64,000 nt of DNA from a virus. A program made the position numbers and the translations under genes. The DNA lies in the IMG/VR virus record IMGVR_UViG_3300023180_000042, positions 10,323-74,322 of that record; one strand, given 5' to 3'. Below the pieces are notes generated by a model. The model saw only the letters and a program-made list of their open reading frames with translations. It had not been told where the DNA came from and ran no database searches. Positions 30,279 through 40,661 of this stretch are shown here, piece after piece (position 1 is the first letter of the stretch; every line of letters begins with the position of its first letter).

Positions 30279-30279
30279 T

Positions 30280-30630
30280 ATGAAAAAAGACGATCCTAAC
30301 ATTAAGTCAGACTACGATTATTCCCGAGCAACTTACTATGAGTTGATTGACAAGGGAAGAGAATCGCTCGATCTGATGATCGAGGTTGCTCGCGAGTCTG
30401 AGCATCCAAGAGCCTTTGAAGTTCTGTCGAATATGATCAAGAACATTTCAGATGTCAATGACAAGTTGATGGAACTAAATAAGAAAACCAAAGACATTAC
30501 ACAAGAAAAAGAAGAGCCTAAAGCAATTACCAATAATAATGTTTTTATAGGAAGTACAACTGATCTGCAACGTCTGTTGCAACAAAGCGAAGATGAAAAG
30601 GTGATTGATGTTAGCCCATCGAATGAGTGA
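30280..30630 (+). CDS. gp16: Terminase small subunit
   Basis: DYDYSR...ARESEHPRAFEV...NNNVFIGSTTDLQ. Confidence 0.9.
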   Translation: MKKDDPNIKSDYDYSRATYYELIDKGRESLDLMIEVARESEHPRAFEVLSNMIKNISDVNDKLMELNKKTKDITQEKEEPKAITNNNVFIGSTTDLQRLLQQSEDEKVIDVSPSNE

Positions 30631-32227
30631 TCACGAACATTATTTAGGTAATATCAATGTAAAACGTGACGGGGTACAGCAAGAGTGGACTCAGCATCAA
30701 GTGCTAGAGTACGCGAAGTGCATGAAAGATCCTGCATATTTTGCAAAGACTTACGTAAAGATTATATCACTTGATAAAGGACTTGTCAACTTTGACCTAT
30801 ACCCATATCAAGAAAAAATGTTCAACCATTTTAACGATAATCGGTTTTCTATCGTCTTGGCTTGTCGTCAGTCTGGTAAAAGTATTTCGTCAGTTGTTTA
30901 CTTACTTTGGTACGCTATATTCCATCCTGAGAAAACGATTGCGGTTCTTGCCAACAAAGGCGCAACTGCAAGAGAAATGCTTGCACGTGTCACGTTGGCT
31001 CTTGAAAACTTACCCTTCTTTTTACAGCCTGGTTGCCGCGCTCTCAACAAAGGTAGTATTGAGTTTTCAAATAATTCTCGCATCATTGCTTCTGCTACTT
31101 CAGGCAGTTCTATTCGTGGTATGTCTGTCAATCTATTGTTTCTTGACGAGTTTGCTTTTGTTGAAAGAGCTAGTGAGTTTTACACCTCGACATATCCGGT
31201 AATCTCTGCGGGTAAAGATACAAAAGTTATCATAACATCTACCGCTAACGGTATTGGTAATACGTTCCACAAAATCTGGGAAGGCGCTGTACAAAAGACT
31301 AACGAGTATCAAGCCTTTACAGTTAACTGGTGGGACGTGCCAGGACGTGATGAAGAGTGGAAGAAGCAGACGATTTCGAACACGTCACAGATGCAGTTCG
31401 ATCAAGAATTTGGTAATACGTTTTTCGGAACGGGCGATACACTGATCAATGCAGAAACACTGCTTAATCTAAGAGCAATGCCACCTCTCAAAATGCTTGA
31501 GGGCGGTGATGTAAAAATCTACGAAGAAACATCAAAGAATCACGAATATCTCATGATGGTCGACGTAGCAAAAGGAAGAGGACAGGACTATTCGACGTTT
31601 AACGTAATCGATATATCTGTGCGACCCTTCAAACAGGTCGCTGTGTATCGGAACAATACTATTTCTCCAATACTCTTCCCTGACATTATCTATAAGTTTG
31701 CGAAAGTCTACAATAACGCATATGTGATCGTTGAATCAAATGATCAAGGTAGCGTGGTTTGTAGAGGCTTGTATTATGATCTAGAATACGAAAATGTTCA
31801 CGTGGAGTCAACAGTAAAGGCAAATGCTGTTGGCATTGAAATGACACGGAAGACAAAACGTCTTGGTTGTTCTGGCATCAAAGACCTTCTTGAAAACAAT
31901 AAATTAGATATTGTTGACGATGATACCATCTTAGAGATTTCTACGTTCGTATCGAAGGGACAGTCTTACGAAGCCGCTGATGGCAACCACGACGATTTGA
32001 TGATGAACTTAGTGATGCTTGGTTACTTTATATCGACACAGATGTTCTCAGACATGACAGACATCAATCTCAAGCAGATGATGTTCGAACAGCAGATGAG
32101 ACGTATCGAAGAAGATGTGGTGCCGTTTGGTTTTCATGATGATGGGTCTAGTGCCATTCAAGAAATCGAAGATAGAGAACGTATGAAGTACGAACCGTGG
32201 CAGTTGTCATGGGACGAACCATACTGA
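30623..32227 (+). CDS. gp17: Terminase large subunit
   Basis: Walker A RQSGKS, LFLDEFAF, ITSTANG; nuclease motifs DVAKGRGQDYS and HDDLMM. Confidence 0.95.
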   Translation: MSDHEHYLGNINVKRDGVQQEWTQHQVLEYAKCMKDPAYFAKTYVKIISLDKGLVNFDLYPYQEKMFNHFNDNRFSIVLACRQSGKSISSVVYLLWYAIFHPEKTIAVLANKGATAREMLARVTLALENLPFFLQPGCRALNKGSIEFSNNSRIIASATSGSSIRGMSVNLLFLDEFAFVERASEFYTSTYPVISAGKDTKVIITSTANGIGNTFHKIWEGAVQKTNEYQAFTVNWWDVPGRDEEWKKQTISNTSQMQFDQEFGNTFFGTGDTLINAETLLNLRAMPPLKMLEGGDVKIYEETSKNHEYLMMVDVAKGRGQDYSTFNVIDISVRPFKQVAVYRNNTISPILFPDIIYKFAKVYNNAYVIVESNDQGSVVCRGLYYDLEYENVHVESTVKANAVGIEMTRKTKRLGCSGIKDLLENNKLDIVDDDTILEISTFVSKGQSYEAADGNHDDLMMNLVMLGYFISTQMFSDMTDINLKQMMFEQQMRRIEEDVVPFGFHDDGSSAIQEIEDRERMKYEPWQLSWDEPY

Positions 32228-32239
32228 AAACAGGTAATT

Positions 32240-32247
32240 TATAAATA
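32240..32247 (+). promoter_or_regulatory. T4-type late promoter
   Basis: TATAAATA upstream of the sheath gene. Confidence 0.8.
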
Positions 32248-32311
32248 AATACATTGAAATTATCCGTATTATGTTCTCTTATCATATATTAACGAAAAAA
32301 AGGACACGACC

Positions 32312-34054
32312 ATGGCATTAATACCATCTGAGTCTCCAAGCATTCTCGTAAAGGAATTCGATCTGTCTGGTGTTGTGCCGGCAGTCACTTCTTCAACGGG
32401 AGCGTTTGTAGGGGACTTTAACTGGGGTCCAGCTAATCAGCCTATTCTGGTAAGTAGTGAAGCAGAATTGGCTTCGCAATTTGGATCTCCTTCTGACGAT
32501 TCTGCGGCGGCAGTATCGGATTTTCTCTCCGCTTCAATGTTTTTGAAGTATTCAAGTAGCGCGTACGTAACACGTACCGTAGACGATTCAGCACAAAACG
32601 CAATTGCGGCTGGTGCTGACCAAGTGTTGATTAGAAATCGTGCTGATTGGGATGCGCGTAGCGTCACAACTCTCAACAACTATGTTATCGCAAAATATCC
32701 TGGCACTTTAGGTAACAGCCTTAAGATTTCAATGTGCCCATACAGCGAAGGTGATAGTGCGTTCGATAACTGGACTATTGACGGCGCTAATATCTCTACA
32801 CTGTTTGATGGTGCACCAAGATCATCGGCTAACGTAGCTGGTTTTGGCTTTGCGGCTGACTCTGAAGTTGGTGATGAAGTGCACGTTGTCATTCTCGACG
32901 AGGATGGTAAAATTTCAGGAACACCGGGAACAGTACTAGAGAAGTATGAGTATCTTTCTCTAGCCACTGACGCAAAAACTTCTAATGGCTCAACAAACTT
33001 TATTCAGAACGTTTTGAATAACAAGTCTGAATATGTTTGGGCACCCAACTTGTCGGATGCTTTCCCAGGAATTACAAGTGCGGCATCGTTTAGAGGTTCT
33101 CAAGCGGCTCGTGTAGCGAACTATTCTCTTGATCGAGGTAGAGCGGCTAATCCGGGCATAAACGATTATCTGATTAGTTTTGGTGAATACAACGATCCTG
33201 ATGTAATTCAAGTGGACTTCTTAGTTGCACCAGAAATTTCAGACAGTGCTGACTGTAGAACTATGGCCAACAGCTTGACTGCACAAGCGGTAGCACGTAA
33301 AGACTGCGTTGTTGTAACTTCACCTCCTGCAGAAATTGTGACAGGAAGAGGTTCGAATACCAGTACAATTGCTTCTGCTACAGCGGCATGGGCTAATACG
33401 CTGAACGCTTCTTCCTACTTGATCGTCGATGGCAACTACTTGAAAGTATACGATAAGTATAACGATGAGTATGTGAATATTCCTGCGGCTGCCGCAACAG
33501 CGGGTGTGATGGCGTCTACCGATCTGAATGCAGATCCGTGGTACTCTCCTGCAGGCTCTAGAAGAGGGCAGTACTTTGGAGTGACATCTCTGGTGTACAA
33601 CCCTGCTAAGGCTCAAAGAGATACGCTGTATAAAGCCGGTGTTAACCCAATCGTTAACTTGCCAGGACAAGGAATTTTGTTGTACGGAGATAAGACTAAG
33701 TTAGGTCGTCCTTCTGCGTTTGATCGCATTAACGTTCGTCGCCTCTTCTTGGTGATCGAGCGAGCAATCAAAGGCGCCGCACAGAACGTTATGTTCGAAT
33801 TCAATGATGAATTCACTCGTGCGGAATTCGTTAATATCATCGAGCCTTTCTTGAGAGAGATCAAGGGTCGAAGGGGTATCACTGACTTCAGAGTGGTGTG
33901 TGATGAAACAAACAACACTCCGAACATCATTGATAACAATCAATTTGTCGCATCGGTCTTCATTAAGCCTGCACGTTCTATCAACTACGTAACATTGAAC
34001 TTCGTAGCAGTTAGAACTGGCGTAGACTTTGATGAAGTCGTTGGACTGGTTTAA
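32312..34054 (+). CDS. gp18: Tail sheath protein
   Basis: SPSI.VKE.D, F.WGP, PWYSPAG..RG, FDRINVRRLF, KPARSINY. Confidence 0.95.
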   Translation: MALIPSESPSILVKEFDLSGVVPAVTSSTGAFVGDFNWGPANQPILVSSEAELASQFGSPSDDSAAAVSDFLSASMFLKYSSSAYVTRTVDDSAQNAIAAGADQVLIRNRADWDARSVTTLNNYVIAKYPGTLGNSLKISMCPYSEGDSAFDNWTIDGANISTLFDGAPRSSANVAGFGFAADSEVGDEVHVVILDEDGKISGTPGTVLEKYEYLSLATDAKTSNGSTNFIQNVLNNKSEYVWAPNLSDAFPGITSAASFRGSQAARVANYSLDRGRAANPGINDYLISFGEYNDPDVIQVDFLVAPEISDSADCRTMANSLTAQAVARKDCVVVTSPPAEIVTGRGSNTSTIASATAAWANTLNASSYLIVDGNYLKVYDKYNDEYVNIPAAAATAGVMASTDLNADPWYSPAGSRRGQYFGVTSLVYNPAKAQRDTLYKAGVNPIVNLPGQGILLYGDKTKLGRPSAFDRINVRRLFLVIERAIKGAAQNVMFEFNDEFTRAEFVNIIEPFLREIKGRRGITDFRVVCDETNNTPNIIDNNQFVASVFIKPARSINYVTLNFVAVRTGVDFDEVVGLV

Positions 34055-34072
34055 GCGCAAGGAGAATAACTC

Positions 34073-34600
34073 ATGGCGATTTTAGGAGTAGATGACTTTA
34101 AGTCGAAGCTGAGAGGTGGTGGCGCAAGACCTAATCTGTTCAAGGCGACACTTAACTTTCCAGTATACGCAGGGGGTGACGTAGAACTTACGTCATTCCT
34201 CTGTAAGACTGCGCAGTTGCCACAATCCTCAACTAACTCGTTTGCAGTACCGTTTCGCGGTCGCGAACTAAAAGTTGCGGGTGATCGTACATTCGAAGAT
34301 TGGACAGTCACTATCATTAACGATACTGACTTTACCATTCGTGATTCGTTTGAGCGATGGATGAATGGCATCAACGCACACAGTGCTAACACAGGCTTGA
34401 CAAACCCAGTTGATTATCAATCAGACTTGCTGGTTGATCAATTGGATCGTGACGAATCTGTGATCAAGCGTTATACGTTTAGAGGTGCATTCCCGACAGT
34501 TGTTGGACCAATCACCCTTGACTATGACCAGCGTGATCAGATCGAAACGTTTGATGTCACGTTCTCGTATCAGTATTGGGAAAGCAATACGACATCTTAA
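34073..34600 (+). CDS. gp19: Tail tube protein
   Basis: GGGARPNLF, FRGR.LKVAGDRTFEDWT. Confidence 0.95.
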   Translation: MAILGVDDFKSKLRGGGARPNLFKATLNFPVYAGGDVELTSFLCKTAQLPQSSTNSFAVPFRGRELKVAGDRTFEDWTVTIINDTDFTIRDSFERWMNGINAHSANTGLTNPVDYQSDLLVDQLDRDESVIKRYTFRGAFPTVVGPITLDYDQRDQIETFDVTFSYQYWESNTTS

Positions 34601-34611
34601 TGGTGTACTAA

Positions 34612-34649
34612 ATATAAGGGAGTCTTCGGGCTCCCTTATATAATTTTTT
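34612..34649 (+). terminator. UUCG-capped stem-loop, probable intrinsic terminator
   Basis: ATATAAGGGAGTC-TTCG-GGCTCCCTTATAT followed by AATTTTTT. Confidence 0.7.
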
Positions 34650-34659
34650 AGGAATACGT

Positions 34660-36246
34660 ATGGCAGATAACGTAAACACATTGAAACTTTTTGGCTTCGA
34701 AATCAAGCGAGCCAAAAAAGATGACAAAGACAAAGAGAAATTACAGTCTGTTGTCCCACCAACTGACACTGACGGCGCGGGTTATGTAACTGCGACGGCG
34801 GGTCATTTTGGTCAGTACATTAATATGGATGGAGATGAGTCGAAAGACAACCATCATCTTATTTTGCGCTATCGTGGTGTAGCCATGCATCCTGAAGTAG
34901 ATATGGCAATTGACGAAATTGTCAACGAAGGCATTTCTGCTTCTGAACTATCATCTTCTGTAGAAATTTCACTTGATGACATTGAAGCTGGTGAAAAGAT
35001 CAAAGAGCAGATTCGTGAAGAGTTTGAAAACATTATCGGTATGCTCCGATTCAATGAGATCGGTCACGAAATCTTTAGGTCTTGGTACGTAGATGGTCGT
35101 ATCTATCATCATCTTCTTATCAATGATGCACAACCAAAAGCAGGCATTCAAGAGATTCGAAACATTGACTCGACTCGCATTCGAAAGGTGCGCGAAGTCA
35201 AATACAAGAAAGATCCAACAACTGGCGTCAAGGTCGTAGACAAAGTTGATGAATACTATATCTACGAAGACAAGCCAGGCAACACGCAAACTGGTGTAAA
35301 ACTGTCTAATGATTCGATCAGTTATGTCACTAGTGGTCTATTAGATGAGACAAAAAAGAAAGTTGTTTCGCATCTCCATAAAGCACTGAAGCCAATCAAC
35401 CAGTTGCGCATGATGGAAGACTCGTTGGTCATCTATCGTCTCGCACGTGCACCCGAACGTCGAATTTTTTACATCGACGTAGGTTCTTTGCCTCGTGGTA
35501 AAGCAGAGCAGTACATGTCGGACATCATGTCCAAGTATCGCAACAAGCTGGTCTATGATGCAAACACTGGTCAGATCAAAGATGATCGCAAGCACATGTC
35601 AATGCTTGAAGACTTCTGGCTACCACGTCGAGAGAACGGACGTGGAACAGAGATCACAACACTGCCAGGCGGCGAGAATCTGGGACAGATAGATGACATC
35701 ATCTATTTCCAGAAGCGACTGTATCGTTCTCTGAATGTCCCAGTGAATCGTTTAGAGCAAGAAGCACAATTCTCGCTTGGCAGATCGACTGAAATTTCTA
35801 GAGATGAGGTTAAGTTCCAAAAATTCATTGATCGGCTTCGTAGAAGATTCTCTTGGGTGTTCTTGGGTATTCTCAAGAAGCAACTCATACTTAAAGGTAT
35901 TATCACCGAGCAAGACTGGGAAGAGTGGAAAGACAACATCTATGTTGACTTCGTAAAAGACAACCACTTTACCGAACTGAAAGAGATGGAGATTCTTCGC
36001 GAACGTATCGGTATCATGAACGAAATTACACAGTTCGTTGGTGAGTACTATTCGAAAGAATGGGTTATGCGTAACGTCTTGCGCATGTCCGATGATGATC
36101 TAGAAGCAATGAAAAAAGAGATCGATCAAGAAACTAAAGACGGTGAAATTGAAGATAAAGATGAAGAAGAGCAACAAGAGCCAGCGGCGCCTAAACCCGT
36201 ACCTGTTCAAGTTGTTCCCGATGAACCAAAAGATGAGGAAAAATAA
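34660..36246 (+). CDS. gp20: Portal protein
   Basis: WYVDGR, IYRLARAPERRIFYIDVG, EDFWLPRRE.GRGTEITTLPGG. Confidence 0.95.
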   Translation: MADNVNTLKLFGFEIKRAKKDDKDKEKLQSVVPPTDTDGAGYVTATAGHFGQYINMDGDESKDNHHLILRYRGVAMHPEVDMAIDEIVNEGISASELSSSVEISLDDIEAGEKIKEQIREEFENIIGMLRFNEIGHEIFRSWYVDGRIYHHLLINDAQPKAGIQEIRNIDSTRIRKVREVKYKKDPTTGVKVVDKVDEYYIYEDKPGNTQTGVKLSNDSISYVTSGLLDETKKKVVSHLHKALKPINQLRMMEDSLVIYRLARAPERRIFYIDVGSLPRGKAEQYMSDIMSKYRNKLVYDANTGQIKDDRKHMSMLEDFWLPRRENGRGTEITTLPGGENLGQIDDIIYFQKRLYRSLNVPVNRLEQEAQFSLGRSTEISRDEVKFQKFIDRLRRRFSWVFLGILKKQLILKGIITEQDWEEWKDNIYVDFVKDNHFTELKEMEILRERIGIMNEITQFVGEYYSKEWVMRNVLRMSDDDLEAMKKEIDQETKDGEIEDKDEEEQQEPAAPKPVPVQVVPDEPKDEEK

Positions 36247-36602
36247 TGTCTGACGAAGATGTAGTAATTGACGAATTGCAAGCAGAGCCTATTCAACCAA
36301 ACTCTAAAGCAGTTGAAGATTTTCTAAAGGCGATTGAAGATCAAAACTTCACTCAAGCCGAGCGACAGTTTAATGATATGGTAGGTGATCGTTTGCAAGA
36401 TACTTTGGATCAAGCCAAAGCAAGAATTGCGGCGTCTCTGGGTCAAGAAGAGCCAGAAGCTGAAGAAGATGATCTAGATGCTGTTGAGGACTCGCTTGAC
36501 GATGACGAAGAAATTAGTCTTGATGATCTTGACTTAGACATCGATGATAATGAAGATGACGTGGATGAGGATGACGACGAAGACCTCGTTGCTCCTGTTT
36601 AA
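36246..36602 (+). CDS. Acidic prohead core protein (gp67-like)
   Basis: Very acidic; position directly after portal. Confidence 0.6.
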   Translation: MSDEDVVIDELQAEPIQPNSKAVEDFLKAIEDQNFTQAERQFNDMVGDRLQDTLDQAKARIAASLGQEEPEAEEDDLDAVEDSLDDDEEISLDDLDLDIDDNEDDVDEDDDEDLVAPV

Positions 36603-36614
36603 AAATCATTATTT

Positions 36615-36622
36615 TATAAATA
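36615..36622 (+). promoter_or_regulatory. T4-type late promoter
   Basis: TATAAATA 16 nt before ATG 36639. Confidence 0.8.
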
Positions 36623-36638
36623 AATAACACGAGACAAA

Positions 36639-37283
36639 ATGTCAAAGGTAACTGATAAAGAAATTAAATTATTGGAAAAAGTTGCTAACGCCCATCTGTA
36701 TGAAGTAATGGGCAACAAAGACAGGTATATAGACAAGCCTGATAATTTTAGCACAGTCCAATATATGAATGCAAGAGGACATGTTGATCAACTCAAATTA
36801 AAGGAGATGATCGTAAAATGTATCATAGATCATGTTGGAACGTCTGAAGCGTTTCTAAACATGGGAACAGCATGTGGTCATTTAGAGTATGCTAATCGAT
36901 TGAACCACGGGCGATTGACAATCAGTTCATGCGAATGGGATTATCAATATGAGTGCTGTGAAAAGATACGTGACATGCTGGGCGTTCAGATCAGTTACAG
37001 ATGTAATGACGTTTTAGGTGATGATTTTGAAATACGTGATTGTAAGACGTATTTCGATCACGTTATTTTAGATAGGTTTTTTCCTGTGTATCGAGCAGAT
37101 ACACACCACAGAACAGAAGAGGTATTGAAGAAATTTAAACCATACGCAAGGAGAGCAATTTTAATTGAGTCCGATGGCAACTGGTCAAAAGAACAATGGT
37201 CTTGGTTAGTCAAGACAGCCGAACGAAGAATTAAAATCTCAGGCGAATGGAATATGTTTCTGATAAAACTGGAAAACTTATGA
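36639..37283 (+). CDS. Putative class I SAM-dependent methyltransferase
   Basis: FLNMGTACGHL (motif I-like), SSCEWD, FDHVIL. Confidence 0.55.
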   Translation: MSKVTDKEIKLLEKVANAHLYEVMGNKDRYIDKPDNFSTVQYMNARGHVDQLKLKEMIVKCIIDHVGTSEAFLNMGTACGHLEYANRLNHGRLTISSCEWDYQYECCEKIRDMLGVQISYRCNDVLGDDFEIRDCKTYFDHVILDRFFPVYRADTHHRTEEVLKKFKPYARRAILIESDGNWSKEQWSWLVKTAERRIKISGEWNMFLIKLENL

Positions 37284-37486
37284 AGACGTTTAAGAGCATC
37301 CGCGAAGCGAAGAAAAAAATGCCAGCAGGTGAACATGTCTTCGACAAGAAAGTGAATCGTCACTCAGTGATGATCCACAAAGACAACAAAGGGTTTACTG
37401 TCTATATTGACGGTGACAAACTAGACACCTATCGTTCTCAGAAAGAAGCTGAGAAGATGGGTGTAGCTTTCGCTAAGGAAATGTAA
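37280..37486 (+). CDS. Small basic head-cluster protein (gp68 position)
   Basis: MKTFKSIRE start via ATGA overlap; lies directly before gp21. Confidence 0.55.
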   Translation: MKTFKSIREAKKKMPAGEHVFDKKVNRHSVMIHKDNKGFTVYIDGDKLDTYRSQKEAEKMGVAFAKEM

Positions 37487-38152
37487 ATGAAACTTATTAC
37501 CGAATATCATGAAAACGACTTACAGTGCATCGTCGAAGCAAAGGATGGTGGTGAAAAGTCTTATATGATTGAAGGTATCTTTGCGCAAGCAGAACAAAAG
37601 AATCGTAACGGGCGTATCTATCCTAAAACAATTATGGAAAAGGCTGTAAATACGTACGTTGAACAACAGGTTAGCAAAAAGCGGGCTGTGGGTGAATTGA
37701 ATCATCCCGAAGGTCCCACTGTTAACTTAGACAAAGTTTCTCACCTCATCACTGATCTTCGATTCGAAGGCAATGATGTAGTAGGAAAGGCACAAATATT
37801 GGATACTCCAATGGGCAAGATCGTTAAAGGCTTGCTTGATGGTGGCGTTCAACTAGGCGTGTCAACTCGTGGCATGGGTAGTCTTGAGCAAAGAAATGGC
37901 ACAATGTATGTGCGAGAAGACTTTATTTTGAATACTGTCGATATCGTACAAGATCCTTCCGCGCCTGCGGCTTTCGTTAATGGTATTATGGAAGGCGTAG
38001 AGTGGGTATGGAATAACGGTGTTATTGAGGCTCAAGAAATTGAAAAAATGGAGACTGAAATTAAATCGGCTCCGACAAAGCATCTCTATGAGACGCAAGT
38101 TCGTGAGTACAAAAATTTCCTCTCGTTGCTCAAATCAAACTTTAAGGAGTAA
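37487..38152 (+). CDS. gp21: Prohead protease
   Basis: KNRNGRIYP, GELNHP, LGVSTRGMGS, DIVQDPSAP.AFV. Confidence 0.95.
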   Translation: MKLITEYHENDLQCIVEAKDGGEKSYMIEGIFAQAEQKNRNGRIYPKTIMEKAVNTYVEQQVSKKRAVGELNHPEGPTVNLDKVSHLITDLRFEGNDVVGKAQILDTPMGKIVKGLLDGGVQLGVSTRGMGSLEQRNGTMYVREDFILNTVDIVQDPSAPAAFVNGIMEGVEWVWNNGVIEAQEIEKMETEIKSAPTKHLYETQVREYKNFLSLLKSNFKE

Positions 38153-38157
38153 AACAT

Positions 38158-39198
38158 ATGTCTGATCTAGACCAAAATGTTGAGCTTCCTATCGATGAGG
38201 ACAACCAAATCGAGGAAGCAAGTGCTCAGAAGATGCCTGTTGGTACAGAGGCGGACTCTATTGCGTCTGTAGACAAGACTGACGCTCCTGTTAAGAAAGC
38301 TCCCGCTCGTAAAGGGGATCAGACTAAACAGGATCCGATGCCTAAGACCAAAGCAGGAATGCTAAACGCTATGTACAGCAAGATGTCTGGTATGAAAAAA
38401 GACCAACTGACTGCTATGTTCAGCAAGATGTCTGAAGAGTTCGAAGATGTAGAAGAAGGCGAAGCAGTTGAACTGCCCGAGTTCTCTTACAACGATGAAC
38501 TGTCTGCTCTTGTAGAAAGCGAAGCTACTTTATCTGATGAGTTCAAAGCGAAAACTGCTGTGATCTTTGAAACTGCTATTCGTTCTAAGCTGTCCGAGGA
38601 AATCGAACGCCTAGAGGATGAATATCAAACTCGACTCGACGAAGAGCTGGACGCTACGCGCACAGACCTCGTAGAGAAAGTTGATAGCTACCTCAACTAC
38701 GTAGTTGAGAACTGGATGCAGGAAAACAAACTCGCTGTTGAGACTGGCTTGCGCACTGAAATCGCTGAAGATTTCATGGGCAAACTGAAGGATCTGTTCC
38801 TTGAGTCTTACATCGAAGTTCCTGAGTCTAAAGTTGACCTAGTTGATGAACTTGCAGAGCAGGTTGAAGAGCTTGAAGAAAAGCTTAACAGCCAAACTGC
38901 AACTGTTCTTGAAATGTCTGAGAAGGTTGAGATTTATCAGCGTGAAGCGATTATTCGCGAAGCGTCTCGTGATCTCGCCGAAACTCAGGTAGAAAAACTC
39001 GCGTCTTTGGTGAGTTCTCTCGACTTCGAAGATGAAGAATCTTTCGCATCTAAAGTCAAGACTGTAAAAGAGTCTTACTTCAAGAAGGAAGTTGCTTCTA
39101 CAGAAGAAGAGATCGTCGAAGACTGGGATACAAACAACACAGAGGTTTCTTCTGTGATGGACATGTATCTCAACGCCATCAAAAAATCTAATAAGTAA
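38158..39198 (+). CDS. gp22: Prohead core scaffold protein
   Basis: Acidic; EKVDSYLNYVVENWM.EN.LAVE.G.RTEIAE.F. Confidence 0.9.
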   Translation: MSDLDQNVELPIDEDNQIEEASAQKMPVGTEADSIASVDKTDAPVKKAPARKGDQTKQDPMPKTKAGMLNAMYSKMSGMKKDQLTAMFSKMSEEFEDVEEGEAVELPEFSYNDELSALVESEATLSDEFKAKTAVIFETAIRSKLSEEIERLEDEYQTRLDEELDATRTDLVEKVDSYLNYVVENWMQENKLAVETGLRTEIAEDFMGKLKDLFLESYIEVPESKVDLVDELAEQVEELEEKLNSQTATVLEMSEKVEIYQREAIIREASRDLAETQVEKLASLVSSLDFEDEESFASKVKTVKESYFKKEVASTEEEIVEDWDTNNTEVSSVMDMYLNAIKKSNK

Positions 39199-39209
39199 GG
39201 AGTACTAAG

Positions 39210-40589
39210 ATGACTGTTCAAGTATCTTATGACAAACTCATCGAGAAGTGGAGCCCAGTTCTCGAGGAAACGTCTGCTGGTGAGATCAAAGATCATCACC
39301 GTAAAGCTGTAACTGCCGCTGTTCTTGAGAACCAAGAGCAAGCATTCCGGGAAGAAGCAGGCATGCTTGCTGAAGCCCCAACCAACACCAACTTCAGCGC
39401 AACTGGCGCTGCCGCTGGCGTAACTGGCGCAAACTGGAACCCTGTTCTGATTGCTCTCGTTCGACGTGCTATGCCTAACCTCATGGCTTACGATCTCGCA
39501 GGCGTTCAGCCTATGACTGGTCCTACTGGCTTGATCTTCGCAATGAAGGCTCGTCACAAGACTACTCGTGGTGGTGCAACTGCTGACACTGAAGCTTTGT
39601 TCCAAGAAGCGCACACTCCGTTCTCTGGCGACTCTTCTGTGTCGCAAGATTCGGCTAATGCCGCTGGTAACAAGGGTCCTTCTGGTCTGACTGGTGTTTC
39701 TGACACTGACAACGACTCTTCTATCGTTGACTCTGGTTCGTCTTACGTTCCTGGTGTTGGCGGTGGTATGTCTACGGCTGATGCTGAAGCCCTCGGTTCT
39801 ACCGGTTCTGCATTCGCAGAGATGGGATTCACCATCGAAAAGAGCACGGTTACTGCGAAGTCTCGTGCACTGAAAGCAGAATACAGCCTCGAATTGGCTC
39901 AAGACTTGAAAGCGATTCACGGTCTTGACGCTGAGACAGAGCTGGCTAACATTCTGTCTACTGAGATCCTCGCTGAAATCAACCGTGAGATCATCCGTAC
40001 TATCAACAGCCAAGCCAAGATTGGTTGCCGACAAGCTGGTCTCCAGACTGCTGGTATCTTCGATCTTAGCACTGACGCTGATGGTCGTTGGTCTGTTGAG
40101 AAGTTCAAGGGTCTGTTGGTTCAACTTGAGCGTGAAGCAAACGTAATCGCGAAAGAAACTCGTCGCGGTAAGGGTAACATCGTTGTATGTTCTTCTGACG
40201 TTGCTACTGCTCTCGTTGCGGCTGGTATGCTCGACTACGCTCCTGCACTCAGCACGAACCTGCAAGTCGATGACACTGGTAACACCTTCGCTGGTGTTCT
40301 GAACGGACGTACTCGCGTCTACATCGATCCGTATGCAACTTCTGACTACGTAACTGTAGGCTACAAGGGTACTAACCCTTATGACGCTGGTGTGTTCTAC
40401 TGCCCATACGTGCCTCTCCAGATGGTACGTGCAGTTGGCGAGAATGACTTCCAGCCACGGATCGGCTTTAAGACTCGTTACGGCATGGCTTCTAACCCAT
40501 TCGTGGGCGCGACTCCTGCTGACGGTCTTGCTACCGCTCGTACTAACCAGTACTACCGTATCTTCCGCGTGGACAACATCCTCGCCTAA
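39210..40589 (+). CDS. gp23: Major capsid protein
   Basis: LVRRAMPNL.AYD..GVQPMTGPTGLIFA, KSRALKAEYSLELAQDLKAIHGLDAE, FQPRIGFKTRYG. Confidence 0.98.
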   Translation: MTVQVSYDKLIEKWSPVLEETSAGEIKDHHRKAVTAAVLENQEQAFREEAGMLAEAPTNTNFSATGAAAGVTGANWNPVLIALVRRAMPNLMAYDLAGVQPMTGPTGLIFAMKARHKTTRGGATADTEALFQEAHTPFSGDSSVSQDSANAAGNKGPSGLTGVSDTDNDSSIVDSGSSYVPGVGGGMSTADAEALGSTGSAFAEMGFTIEKSTVTAKSRALKAEYSLELAQDLKAIHGLDAETELANILSTEILAEINREIIRTINSQAKIGCRQAGLQTAGIFDLSTDADGRWSVEKFKGLLVQLEREANVIAKETRRGKGNIVVCSSDVATALVAAGMLDYAPALSTNLQVDDTGNTFAGVLNGRTRVYIDPYATSDYVTVGYKGTNPYDAGVFYCPYVPLQMVRAVGENDFQPRIGFKTRYGMASNPFVGATPADGLATARTNQYYRIFRVDNILA

Positions 40590-40629
40590 GAGATACAATA
40601 AAAAGAATCTCTTTAGAGATCATTTTTGG

Positions 40630-40654
40630 GGGAGCCGCAAGGCTCCCTTTTTTT
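40630..40654 (+). terminator. Rho-independent terminator after gp23
   Basis: GGGAGCC-GCAA-GGCTCCC followed by T7. Confidence 0.9.
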
Positions 40655-40661
40655 ATAAATA
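40654..40661 (+). promoter_or_regulatory. T4-type late promoter
   Basis: TATAAATA starting in the terminator T-tract. Confidence 0.7.

Noticed and set aside
39075-40598. 507-aa minus-strand ORF
   Set aside because: Antisense shadow of the codon-biased gp23; no recognisable motifs.
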